Shown here one piece after another: positions 26,701 to 40,600 of a stretch of DNA of 64,000 nt. The notes under the pieces were generated by a model. That model was not told the DNA's origin. It searched no databases and saw nothing but the letters and a program-made list of their open reading frames with translations. The position numbers and the translations under genes are program-made. The DNA lies in the NCBI GenBank assembly GCA_964057225.1, contig OZ059899.1, positions 18,724,001 to 18,788,000 of the forward strand. Direction: 5' to 3'. This stretch comes from Auanema rhodensis. Lineage: Eukaryota > Animalia > Nematoda. Positions within the stretch are counted from its first letter, which is position 1; each line of letters opens with the position of its first letter.

Positions 26701-29700
26701 TGAAAATCGAGGATGTAATTGTGAACTTATATCAGTTGATATCTCGGTACATTTTTAAGCTAGCGCAAATCTGATAACACAGATCGACGCAGCTTAAAAA
26801 TCCGCATCGAATGCACTATACAACATTGAGAAACGCTTAATACAAAAATTAGTTATGATCGTTTGAAAAATGATGCATTAGTGTATGTTGAGTTTCCATG
26901 TACACTCAACATTGCTTTCAAAAACATTTTGACAAAAATTTTTCCGAAAAATTTCAAAATAATTTTGCAAAAAGTAGATGTTTTTAGATTCCTTTTTTCA
27001 AGGCAAAGACGATGGACAATGTTATTCAACGAAAAAATTAATTCTGCAGGGTGAAAATCGAGGATATAAGTGTGAACTTATATCAGTTGATATCTCGGTG
27101 CATTTTTAAGCTAGCGCAAATCTGATAACACAGATCGACGCAGCTTAAAAATCCGCATCGAATGCACTATACAACATTGAGAAACGCTTAATACAAAAAT
27201 TAGTTATGATCGTTTGAAAAATGATGCATTAGTGTATGTTGAGTTTCCATGTACACTCAACATTGCTTCCAAAAACATTTTTACAAAAATTTTTCCGGAA
27301 AATTTCGAAACAATTTCGCAAAAAGTAGATGTTTTTAGATTCCTTTTTTCAAGGCAAAGACGATGGACAATGTTATTCAACAAAAAAATTAATTCTCCAC
27401 GGTGAAAATCGAGGATGTAAGTGTGAACTTATATCAGTTGATATCTCGGTGCATTTTTAAGCTAGCGCAAATCTGATAACACAGATCGACGCAGCTTAAA
27501 ATTCCGCATCGAATGCACTATACAACATTGAGAAACGCTTAATACAAAAATTAGTTATGATCGTTTGAAAAATGATGCATTAGTGTATGTTGAGTTTCCA
27601 TGTACACTCAACATTGCTTCCAAAAACATTTTTACAAAAATTTTTCCGGAAAATTTCGAAACAATTTCGCAAAAAGTAGATGTTTTTAGATTCCTTTTTT
27701 CAAGGCAAAGACGATGGACAATGTTATTCAACGAAAAAATTAATTCTGCAGGGTGAAAATCGAGGATATAAGTGTGAACTTATATCAGTTGATATCTCGG
27801 TGCATTTTTAAGCTAGCGCAAATCTGATAACACAGATCGACGCAGCTTAAAAATCCGCATCGAATGCACTATACTACATTGAAAAACGCTTAATACAAAA
27901 ATTAGTTATGATCGTTTGAAAAAAGATGCATTAGTGTATGTTGAGTTTCCATGTATACTCAACATTGCTTCCAAAAACATTTTGACAAAAATTTTTCCGA
28001 AAAATTTCAAAATAATTTTGCAAAAAGTAGATGTTTTTAGATTCCTTTTTTCAAGGCAAAGACGATGGACAATGTTATTCAACGAAAAAATTAATTCTCC
28101 AGGGTGAAAATCGAGGATGTAATTGTGAACTTATATCAGTTGATATCTCGGTGCATTTTTAAGCTAGCGCAAATCTGATAACACAGATCGACGCAGCTTA
28201 AAAATCCGCATCGAATGCACTATACAACATTGAGAAACGCTTAATACAAATATTAGTTATGATCGTTTGAAAAATGATGCATTAGTGTATGTTGAGTTTC
28301 CATGTACACTCAACATTGCTTTCAAAAACATTTTGACAAAAATTTTTCCGAAAAATTTCAAAATAATTTTGCAAAAAGTAGATGTTTTTAGATTCCTTTT
28401 TTCAAGGCAAAGACGATGGACAATGTTATTCAACGAAAAAATTAATTCTGCAGGGTGAAAATCGAGGATATAAGTGTGAACTTATATCAGTTGATATCTC
28501 GGTGCATTTTTAAGCTAGCGCAAATCTGATAACACAGATCGACGCAGCTTAAAATTCCGCATCGAATGCACTATACAACATTGAGAAACGCTTAATACAA
28601 AAATTAGTTATGATCGTTTGAAAAATGATGCATTAGTGTATGTTGAGTTTCCATGTACACTCAACATTGCTTCCAAAAACATTTTTACAAAAATTTTTCC
28701 GGAAAATTTCGAAACAATTTCGCAAAAAGTAGATGTTTTTAGATTCCTTTTTTCAAGGCAAAGACGATGGACAATGTTATTCAACAAAAAAATTAATTCT
28801 CCAGGGTGAAAATCGAGGATGTAAGTGTGAACTTATATCAGTTGATATCTCGGTGCATTTTTAAGCTAGCGCAAATCTGATAACACAGATCGACGCAGCT
28901 TAAAATTCCGCATCGAATGCACTATACAACATTGAGAAACGCTTAATACAAAAATTAGTTATGATCGTTTGAAAAATGATGCATTAGTGTATGTTGAGTT
29001 TCCATGTACACTCAACATTGCTTCCAAAAACATTTTTACAAAAATTTTTCCGGAAAATTTCGAAACAATTTCGCAAAAAGTAGATGTTTTTAGATTCCTT
29101 TTTTCAAGGCAAAGACGATGGACAATGTTATTCAACGAAAAAATTAATTCTGCAGGGTGAAAATCGAGGATATAAGTGTGAACTTATATCAGTTGATATC
29201 TCGGTGCATTTTTAAGCTAGCGCAAATCTGATAACACAGATCGACGCAGCTTAAAAATCCGCATCGAATGCACTATACTACATTGAAAAACGCTTAATAC
29301 AAAAATTAGTTATGATCGTTTGAAAAAAGATGCATTAGTGTATGTTGAGTTTCCATGTATACTCAACATTGCTTCCAAAAACATTTTGACAAAAATTTTT
29401 CCGAAAAATTTCAAAATAATTTTGCAAAAAGTAGATGTTTTTAGATTCCTTTTTTCAAGGCAAAGACGATGGACAATGTTATTCAACGAAAAAATTAATT
29501 CTCCAGGGTGAAAATCGAGGATGTAATTGTGAACTTATATCAGTTGATATCTCGGTGCATTTTTAAGCTAGCGCAAATCTGATAACACAGATCGACGCAG
29601 CTTAAAAATCCGCATCGAATGCACTATACTACATTGAAAAACGCTTAATACAAAAATTAGTTATGATCGTTTGAAAAAAGATGCATTAGTGTATGTTGAG

Positions 29701-32700
29701 TTTCCATGTATACTCAACATTGCTTCCAAAAACATTTTGACAAAAATTTTTCCGAAAAATTTCAAAATAATTTTGCAAAAAGTAGATGTTTTTAGATTCC
29801 TTTTTTCAAGGCAAAGACGATGGACAATGTTATTCAACGAAAAAATTAATTCTCCAGGGTGAAAATCGAGGATGTAATTGTGAACTTATATCAGTTGATA
29901 TCTCGGTGCATTTTTAAGCTAGCGCAAATCTGATAACACAGATCGACGCAGCTTAAAAATCCGCATCGAATGCACTATACAACATTGAGAAACGCTTAAT
30001 ACAAATATTAGTTATGATCGTTTGAAAAATGATGCATTAGTCTATGTTGAGTTTCCATGTACACTCAACATTGCTTTCAAAAACATTTTGACAAAAATTT
30101 TTCCGAAAAATTTCAAAATAATTTTGCAAAAAGTAGATGTTTTTAGATTCCTTTTTTCAAGGCAAAGACGATGGACAATGTTATTCAACGAAAAAATTAA
30201 TTCTGCAGGGTGAAAATCGAGGATATAAGTGTGAACTTATATCAGTTGATATCTCGGTGCATTTTTAAGCTAGCGCAAATCTGATAACACAGATCGACGC
30301 AGCTTAAAAATCCGCATCGAATGCACTATACAACATTGAGAAACGCTTAATACAAAAATTAGTTATGATCGTTTGAAAAATGATGCATTAGTGTATGTTG
30401 AGTTTCCATGTACACTCAACATTGCTTCCAAAAACATTTTTACAAAAATTTTTCCGGAAAATTTCGAAACAATTTCGCAAAAAGTAGATGTTTTTAGATT
30501 CCTTTTTTCAAGGCAAAGACGATGGACAATGTTATTCAACAAAAAAATTAATTCTCCAGGGTGAAAATCGAGGATGTAAGTGTGAACTTATATCAGTTGA
30601 TATCTCGGTGCATTTTTAAGCTAGCGCAAATCTGATAACACAGATCGACGCAGCTTAAAATTCCGCATCGAATGCACTATACAACATTGAGAAACGCTTA
30701 ATACAAAAATTAGTTATGATCGTTTGAAAAATGATGCATTAGTGTATGTTGAGTTTCCATGTACACTCAACATTGCTTCCAAAAACATTTTTACAAAAAT
30801 TTTTCCGGAAAATTTCGAAACAATTTCGCAAAAAGTAGATGTTTTTAGATTCCTTTTTTCAAGGCAAAGACGATGGACAATGTTATTCAACGAAAAAATT
30901 AATTCTGCAGGGTGAAAATCGAGGATATAAGTGTGAACTTATATCAGTTGATATCTCGGTGCATTTTTAAGCTAGCGCAAATCTGATAACACAGATCGAC
31001 GCAGCTTAAAAATCCGCATCGAATGCACTATACTACATTGAAAAACGCTTAATACAAAAATTAGTTATGATCGTTTGAAAAAAGATGCATTAGTGTATGT
31101 TGAGTTTCCATGTATACTCAACATTGCTTCCAAAAACATTTTGACAAAAATTTTTCCGAAAAATTTCAAAATAATTTCGCAAAAAGGAGATGTTTTTAGA
31201 TTCCTTTTTTCAAGGCAAAGACGATGGACAAAGTTATTCAACGAAAAAATTAATTCTGCAGGGTGAAAATCGAGGATATAAGTGTGAACTTATATCAGTT
31301 GATATCTCGGTGCATTTTTAAGCTAGCGCAAATCTGATAACACAGATCGACGCAGCTTAAAAATCCGCATCGAATGCACTATACAACAGTGAGAAACGCT
31401 TAATACAAAAATTAGTTATGATCGTTTGAAAAATGATGCATTAGTGTATGTTGAGTTTCCATGTACACTCAACATTGCTTCCAAAAACATTTTGACAAAA
31501 ATTTTTCCGAAAAATTTCAAAATAATTTTGCAAAAAGTAGATGTTTTTAGATTCCTTTTTTCAAGGCAAAGACGATGGACAATGTTATTCAACGAAAAAA
31601 TTAATTCTCCAGGGTGAAAATCGAGGATGTAATTGTGAACTTATATCAGTTGATATCTCGGTGCATTTTTAAGCTAGCGCAAATCTGATAACACAGATCG
31701 ACGCAGCTTAAAAATCCGCATCGAATGCACTATACAACATTGAGAAATGCTTAATACAAAAATTAGTTATGATCGTTTGAAAAATGATGCATTAGTGTAT
31801 GTTGAGTTTCCATGTATACTCAACATTGCTTCCAAAAACATTTTGACAAAAATTTTTCCGAAAAATTTCAAAATAATTTTGCAAAAAGTAGATGTTTTTA
31901 GATTCCTTTTTTCAAGGCAAAGACGATGGACAATGTTATTCAACGAAAAAATTAATTCTCCAGGGTGAAAATCGAGGATGTAATTGTGAACTTATATCAG
32001 TTGATATCTCGGTGCATTTTTAAGCTAGCGCAAATCTGATAACACAGATCGACGCAGCTTAAAAATCCGCATCGAATGCACTATACAACATTGAGAAACG
32101 CTTAATACAAATATTAGTTATGATCGTTTGAAAAATGATGCATTAGTGTATGTTGAGTTTCCATGTACACTCAACATTGCTTTCAAAAACATTTTGACAA
32201 AAATTTTTCCGAAAAATTTCAAAATAATTTTGCAAAAAGTAGATGTTTTTAGATTCCTTTTTTCAAGGCAAAGACGATGGACAATGTTATTCAACGAAAA
32301 AATTAATTCTGCAGGGTGAAAATCGAGGATATAAGTGTGAACTTATATCAGTTGATATCTCGGTGCATTTTTAAGCTAGCGCAAATCTGATAACACAGAT
32401 CGACGCAGCTTAAAAATCCGCATCGAATGCACTATACAACATTGAGAAACGCTTAATACAAAAATTAGTTATGATCGTTTGAAAAATGATGCATTAGTGT
32501 ATGTTGAGTTTCCATGTACACTCAACATTGCTTCCAAAAACATTTTTACAAAAATTTTTCCGGAAAATTTCGAAACAATTTCGCAAAAAGTAGATGTTTT
32601 TAGATTCCTTTTTTCAAGGCAAAGACGATGGACAATGTTATTCAACAAAAAAATTAATTCTCCAGGGTGAAAATCGAGGATGTAAGTGTGAACTTATATC

Positions 32701-35700
32701 AGTTGATATCTCGGTGCATTTTTAAGCTAGCGCAAATCTGATAACACAGATCGACGCAGCTTAAAATTCCGCATCGAATGCACTATACAACATTGAGAAA
32801 CGCTTAATACAAAAATTAGTTATGATCGTTTGAAAAATGATGCATTAGTGTATGTTGAGTTTCCATGTACACTCAACATTGCTTCCAAAAACATTTTTAC
32901 AAAAATTTTTCCGGAAAATTTCGAAACAATTTCGCAAAAAGTAGATGTTTTTAGATTCCTTTTTTCAAGGCAAAGACGATGGACAATGTTATTCAACGAA
33001 AAAATTAATTCTGCAGGGTGAAAATCGAGGATATAAGTGTGAACTTATATCAGTTGATATCTCGGTGCATTTTTAAGCTAGCGCAAATCTGATAACACAG
33101 ATCGACGCAGCTTAAAAATCCGCATCGAATGCACTATACTACATTGAAAAACGCTTAATACAAAAATTAGTTATGATCGTTTGAAAAAAGATGCATTAGT
33201 GTATGTTGAGTTTCCATGTATACTCAACATTGCTTCCAAAAACATTTTGACAAAAATTTTTCCGAAAAATTTCAAAATAATTTCGCAAAAAGGAGATGTT
33301 TTTAGATTCCTTTTTTCAAGGCAAAGACGATGGACAAAGTTATTCAACGAAAAAATTAATTCTGCAGGGTGAAAATCGAGGATATAAGTGTGAACTTATA
33401 TCAGTTGATATCTCGGTGCATTTTTAAGCTAGCGCAAATCTGATAACACAGATCGACGCAGCTTAAAAATCCGCATCGAATGCACTATACAACAGTGAGA
33501 AACGCTTAATACAAAAATTAGTTATGATCGTTTGAAAAATGATGCATTAGTGTATGTTGAGTTTCCATGTACACTCAACATTGCTTCCAAAAACATTTTG
33601 ACAAAAATTTTTCCGAAAAATTTCAAAATAATTTTGCAAAAAGTAGATGTTTTTAGATTCCTTTTTTCAAGGCAAAGACGATGGACAATGTTATTCAACG
33701 AAAAAATTAATTCTCCAGGGTGAAAATCGAGGATGTAATTGTGAACTTATATCAGTTGATATCTCGGTGCATTTTTAAGCTAGCGCAAATCTGATAACAC
33801 AGATCGACGCAGCTTAAAAATCCGCATCGAATGCACTATACAACATTGAGAAATGCTTAATACAAAAATTAGTTATGATCGTTTGAAAAATGATGCATTA
33901 GTGTATGTTGAGTTTCCATGTACACTCAACATTGCTTCCAAAAACATTTTGACAAAAATTTTTCCGAAAAATTTCAAAATAATTTTGCAAAAAGTAGATG
34001 TTTTTAGATTCCTTTTTTCAAGGCAAAGACGATGGACAATGTTATTCAACGAAAAAATTAATTCTCCAGGGTGAAAATCGAGGATGTAATTGTGAACTTA
34101 TATCAGTTGATATCTCGGTGCATTTTTAAGCTAGCGCAAATCTGATAACACAGATCGACGCAGCTTAAAAATCCGCATCGAATGCACTATACAACATTGA
34201 GAAATGCTTAATACAAAAATTAGTTATGATCGTTTGAAAAATGATGCATTAGTGTATGTTGAGTTTCCATGTATACTCAACATTGCTTCCAAAAACATTT
34301 TGACAAAAATTTTTCCGAAAAATTTCAAAATAATTTTGCAAAAAGTAGATGTTTTTAGATTCCTTTTTTCAAGGCAAAGACGATGGACAATGTTATTCAA
34401 CGAAAAAATTAATTCTCCAGGGTGAAAATCGAGGATGTAATTGTGAACTTATATCAGTTGATATCTCGGTGCATTTTTAAGCTAGCGCAAATCTGATAAC
34501 ACAGATCGACGCAGCTTAAAAATCCGCATCGAATGCACTATACAACATTGAGAAACGCTTAATACAAATATTAGTTATGATCGTTTGAAAAATGATGCAT
34601 TAGTGTATGTTGAGTTTCCATGTACACTCAACATTGCTTTCAAAAACATTTTGACAAAAATTTTTCCGAAAAATTTCAAAATAATTTTGCAAAAAGTAGA
34701 TGTTTTTAGATTCCTTTTTTCAAGGCAAAGACGATGGACAATGTTATTCAACGAAAAAATTAATTCTGCAGGGTGAAAATCGAGGATATAAGTGTGAACT
34801 TATATCAGTTGATATCTCGGTGCATTTTTAAGCTAGCGCAAATCTGATAACACAGATCGACGCAGCTTAAAAATCCGCATCGAATGCACTATACAACATT
34901 GAGAAACGCTTAATACAAAAATTAGTTATGATCGTTTGAAAAATGATGCATTAGTGTATGTTGAGTTTCCATGTACACTCAACATTGCTTCCAAAAACAT
35001 TTTTACAAAAATTTTTCCGGAAAATTTCGAAACAATTTCGCAAAAAGTAGATGTTTTTAGATTCCTTTTTTCAAGGCAAAGACGATGGACAATGTTATTC
35101 AACAAAAAAATTAATTCTCCAGGGTGAAAATCGAGGATGTAAGTGTGAACTTATATCAGTTGATATCTCGGTGCATTTTTAAGCTAGCGCAAATCTGATA
35201 ACACAGATCGACGCAGCTTAAAATTCCGCATCGAATGCACTATACAACATTGAGAAACGCTTAATACAAAAATTAGTTATGATCGTTTGAAAAATGATGC
35301 ATTAGTGTATGTTGAGTTTCCATGTACACTCAACATTGCTTCCAAAAACATTTTTACAAAAATTTTTCCGGAAAATTTCGAAACAATTTCGCAAAAAGTA
35401 GATGTTTTTAGATTCCTTTTTTCAAGGCAAAGACGATGGACAATGTTATTCAACGAAAAAATTAATTCTGCAGGGTGAAAATCGAGGATATAAGTGTGAA
35501 CTTATATCAGTTGATATCTCGGTGCATTTTTAAGCTAGCGCAAATCTGATAACACAGATCGACGCAGCTTAAAAATCCGCATCGAATGCACTATACTACA
35601 TTGAAAAACGCTTAATACAAAAATTAGTTATGATCGTTTGAAAAAAGATGCATTAGTGTATGTTGAGTTTCCATGTATACTCAACATTGCTTCCAAAAAC

Positions 35701-37600
35701 ATTTTGACAAAAATTTTTCCGAAAAATTTCAAAATAATTTCGCAAAAAGGAGATGTTTTTAGATTCCTTTTTTCAAGGCAAAGACGATGGACAAAGTTAT
35801 TCAACGAAAAAATTAATTCTGCAGGGTGAAAATCGAGGATATAAGTGTGAACTTATATCAGTTGATATCTCGGTGCATTTTTAAGCTAGCGCAAATCTGA
35901 TAACACAGATCGACGCAGCTTAAAAATCCGCATCGAATGCACTATACAACAGTGAGAAACGCTTAATACAAAAATTAGTTATGATCGTTTGAAAAATGAT
36001 GCATTAGTGTATGTTGAGTTTCCATGTACACTCAACATTGCTTCCAAAAACATTTTGACAAAAATTTTTCCGAAAAATTTCAAAATAATTTTGCAAAAAG
36101 TAGATGTTTTTAGATTCCTTTTTTCAAGGCAAAGACGATGGACAATGTTATTCAACGAAAAAATTAATTCTCCAGGGTGAAAATCGAGGATGTAATTGTG
36201 AACTTATATCAGTTGATATCTCGGTGCATTTTTAAGCTAGCGCAAATCTGATAACACAGATCGACGCAGCTTAAAAATCCGCATCGAATGCACTATACAA
36301 CATTGAGAAATGCTTAATACAAAAATTAGTTATGATCGTTTGAAAAATGATGCATTAGTGTATGTTGAGTTTCCATGTACACTCAACATTGCTTCCAAAA
36401 ACATTTTGACAAAAATTTTTCCGAAAAATTTCAAAATAATTTTGCAAAAAGTAGATGTTTTTAGATTCCTTTTTTCAAGGCAAAGACGATGGACAATGTT
36501 ATTCAACAAAAAAATTAATTCTCCAGGGTGAAAATCGAGGATGTAAGTGTGAACTTATATCAGTTGATATCTCGGTGCATTTTTAAGCTAGCGCAAATCT
36601 GATAACACAGATCGACGCAGCTTAAAATTCCGCATCGAATGCACTATACAACATTGAGAAACGCTTAATACAAAAATTAGTTATGATCGTTTGAAAAATG
36701 ATGCATTAGTGTATGTTGAGTTTCCATGTACACTCAACATTGCTTCCAAAAACATTTTTACAAAAATTTTTCCGGAAAATTTCGAAACAATTTCGCAAAA
36801 AGTAGATGTTTTTAGATTCCTTTTTTCAAGGCAAAGACGATGGACAATGTTATTCAACGAAAAAATTAATTCTGCAGGGTGAAAATCGAGGATATAAGTG
36901 TGAACTTATATCAGTTGATATCTCGGTGCATTTTTAAGCTAGCGCAAATCTGATAACACAGATCGACGCAGCTTAAAAATCCGCATCGAATGCACTATAC
37001 TACATTGAAAAACGCTTAATACAAAAATTAGTTATGATCGTTTGAAAAAAGATGCATTAGTGTATGTTGAGTTTCCATGTATACTCAACATTGCTTCCAA
37101 AAACATTTTGACAAAAATTTTTCCGAAAAATTTCAAAATAATTTCGCAAAAAGGAGATGTTTTTAGATTCCTTTTTTCAAGGCAAAGACGATGGACAAAG
37201 TTATTCAACGAAAAAATTAATTCTGCAGGGTGAAAATCGAGGATATAAGTGTGAACTTATATCAGTTGATATCTCGGTGCATTTTTAAGCTAGCGCAAAT
37301 CTGATAACACAGATCGACGCAGCTTAAAAATCCGCATCGAATGCACTATACAACAGTGAGAAACGCTTAATACAAAAATTAGTTATGATCGTTTGAAAAA
37401 TGATGCATTAGTGTATGTTGAGTTTCCATGTACACTCAACATTGCTTCCAAAAACATTTTGACAAAAATTTTTCCGAAAAATTTCAAAATAATTTTGCAA
37501 AAAGTAGATGTTTTTAGATTCCTTTTTTCAAGGCAAAGACGATGGACAATGTTATTCAACGAAAAAATTAATTCTGCAGGGTGAAAATCGAGGATATAAG
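11770..37600. repeat. Variant domain II: irregular higher-order repeat on a D-E-F-G-A core
   Basis: The markers gctttcaaa (AFK), aaaattccgca, tgtatactc (CIL), aaaggagat (GD) and cagtgag are confined here. gtaattgt first appears at 11977. Confidence 0.85.
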
Positions 37601-40600
37601 TGTGAACTTATATCAGTTGATATCTCGGTGCATTTTTAAGGTAGCGCAAATCTGATAACACAGATCGACGCAGCTTAGAAATCCGCATCGAATGCACTAT
37701 ACTACATTGAGAAACGCTTAATACAAAAATTAGTTATGATCGTTTGAAAAATGATGCATTAGTGTATGTTGAGTTTCCATGTACACTCAACATTGCTTCC
37801 AAAAACATTTTTACAAAAATTTTTCCGGAAAATTTCGAAACAATTTCGCAAAAAGTAGATGTTTTTAGATTCCTTTTTTCAAGGCAAAGACGATGGACAA
37901 TGTTATTCAACGAAAAAATTAATTCTGCAGGGTGAAAATCGAGGATATAAGTGTGAACTTATATCAGTTGATATCTCGGTGCATTTTTAAGCTAGCGCAA
38001 ATCTGATAACACAGATCGACGCAGCTTAAAAAGCCGCATCGAATGCACTATACAACATTGAGAAACGCTTAATACAAAAATTAGTTATGATCGTTTGAAA
38101 AATGATGCATTAGTGTATGTTGAGTTTCCATGTACACTCAACATTGCTTCCAAAAACATTTTGACAAAAATTTTTCCGAAAAATTTCAAAATAATTTTGC
38201 AAAAAGTAGATGTTTTTAGATTCCTTTTTTCAAGGCAAAGACGATGGACAATGTTATTCAACGAAAAAATTAATTCTCCAGGGTGAAAATTGAGGATGTA
38301 ATTGTGAACTTATATCAGTTGATATCTCGGTGCATTTTTAAGCTAGCGCAAATCTGATAACACAGATCGACGCAGCTTAAAAATCCGCATCGAATGCACT
38401 ATACAACATTGAGAAACGCTTAATACAAAAATTAGTTATGATCGTTTGAAAAATGATGCATTAGTGTATGTTGAGTTTCCATGTACACTCAACATTGCTT
38501 CCAAAAACATTTTTACAAAAATTTTTCCGGAAAATTTCGAAACAATTTCGCAAAAAGTAGATGTTTTTAGATTCCTTTTTTCAAGGCAAAGACGATGGAC
38601 AATGTTATTCAACGAAAAAATTAATTCTGCAGGGTGAAAATCGAGGATATAAGTGTGAACTTATATCAGTTGATATCTCGGTGCATTTTTAAGCTAGCGC
38701 AAATCTGATAACACAGATCGACGCAGCTTAAAAATCCGCATCGAATGCACTATACAACATTGAGAAACGCTTAATACAAAAATTAGTTATGATTGTTTGA
38801 AAAATGATGCATTAGTGTATGTTGAGTTTCCATGTACACTCAACATTGCTTCCAAAAACATTTTTACAAAAATTTTTCCGAAAAATTTCGAAACAATTTC
38901 GCAAAAAGTAGATGTTTTTAGATTCCTTTTTTCAAGGCAAAGACGATGGACATTGTTATTCAACGAAAAAATTAATTCTGCAGGGTGAAAATCGAGGATA
39001 TAAGTGTGAACTTATATCAGTTGATATCTCGGTGCATTTTTAAGGTAGCGCAAATCTGATAACACAGATCGACGCAGCTTAGAAATCCGCATCGAATGCA
39101 CTATACTACATTGAGAAACGCTTAATACAAAAATTAGTTATGATCGTTTGAAAAATGATGCATTAGTGTATGTTGAGTTTCCATGTACACTCAACATTGC
39201 TTCCAAAAACATTTTTACAAAAATTTTTCCGGAAAATTTCGAAACAATTTCGCAAAAAGTAGATGTTTTTAGATTCCTTTTTTCAAGGCAAAGACGATGG
39301 ACAATGTTATTCAACGAAAAAATTAATTCTGCAGGGTGAAAATCGAGGATATAAGTGTGAACTTATATCAGTTGATATCTCGGTGCATTTTTAAGCTAGC
39401 GCAAATCTGATAACACAGATCGACGCAGCTTAAAAAGCCGCATCGAATGCACTATACAACATTGAGAAACGCTTAATACAAAAATTAGTTATGATCGTTT
39501 GAAAAATGATGCATTAGTGTATGTTGAGTTTCCATGTACACTCAACATTGCTTCCAAAAACATTTTTACAAAAATTTTTCCGGAAAATTTCGAAACAATT
39601 TCGCAAAAAGTAGATGTTTTTAGATTCCTTTTTTCAAGGCAAAGACGATGGACAATGTTATTCAACGAAAAAATTAATTCTGCAGGGTGAAAATCGAGGA
39701 TATAAGTGTGAACTTATATCAGTTGATATCTCGGTGCATTTTTAAGCTAGCGCAAATCTGATAACACAGATCGACGCAGCTTAAAAAGCCGCATCGAATG
39801 CACTATACAACATTGAGAAACGCTTAATACAAAAATTAGTTATGATCGTTTGAAAAATGATGCATTAGTGTATGTTGAGTTTCCATGTACACTCAACATT
39901 GCTTCCAAAAACATTTTTACAAAAATTTTTCCGAAAAATTTCGAAACAATTTCGCAAAAAGTAGATGTTTTTAGATTCCTTTTTTCAAGGCAAAGACGAT
40001 GGACATTGTTATTCAACGAAAAAATTAATTCTGCAGGGTGAAAATCGAGGATATAAGTGTGAACTTATATCAGTTGATATCTCGGTGCATTTTTAAGGTA
40101 GCGCAAATCTGATAACACAGATCGACGCAGCTTAGAAATCCGCATCGAATGCACTATACTACATTGAGAAACGCTTAATACAAAAATTAGTTATGATCGT
40201 TTGAAAAAAGATGCATTAGTGTAAGTTGAGTTTCCATGTACACTCAACATTGCTTCCAAAAACATTTTTACAAAAATTTTTCCGAAAAATTTCGAAATAA
40301 TTTCGCAGAAAGTAGATGTTTTTAAATTCCTTTTTTCAAGGCAAAGACGATGGACATTGTTATTCAACGAAAAAATTAATTCTGCAGGGTGAAAATCGAG
40401 GATATAAGTGTGAACTTATATTAGTTGATATCTCGGTGCATTTTTAAGGTAGCGCAAATCTGATAACACAGATCGACGCAGTTTAGAAATCCGCATCGAA
40501 TGCACTATACTACATTGAGAAACGCTTAATACAAAAATTAGTTATGATCGTTTGAAAAAAGATGCATTAGTGTAAGTTGAGTTTCCATGTACACTCAACA

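Noticed and set aside
31747-36531. 73-aa ATG-started ORF variants
   Set aside because: The ATG comes from a single CG>TG change (31748) copied by local duplication into four monomers.
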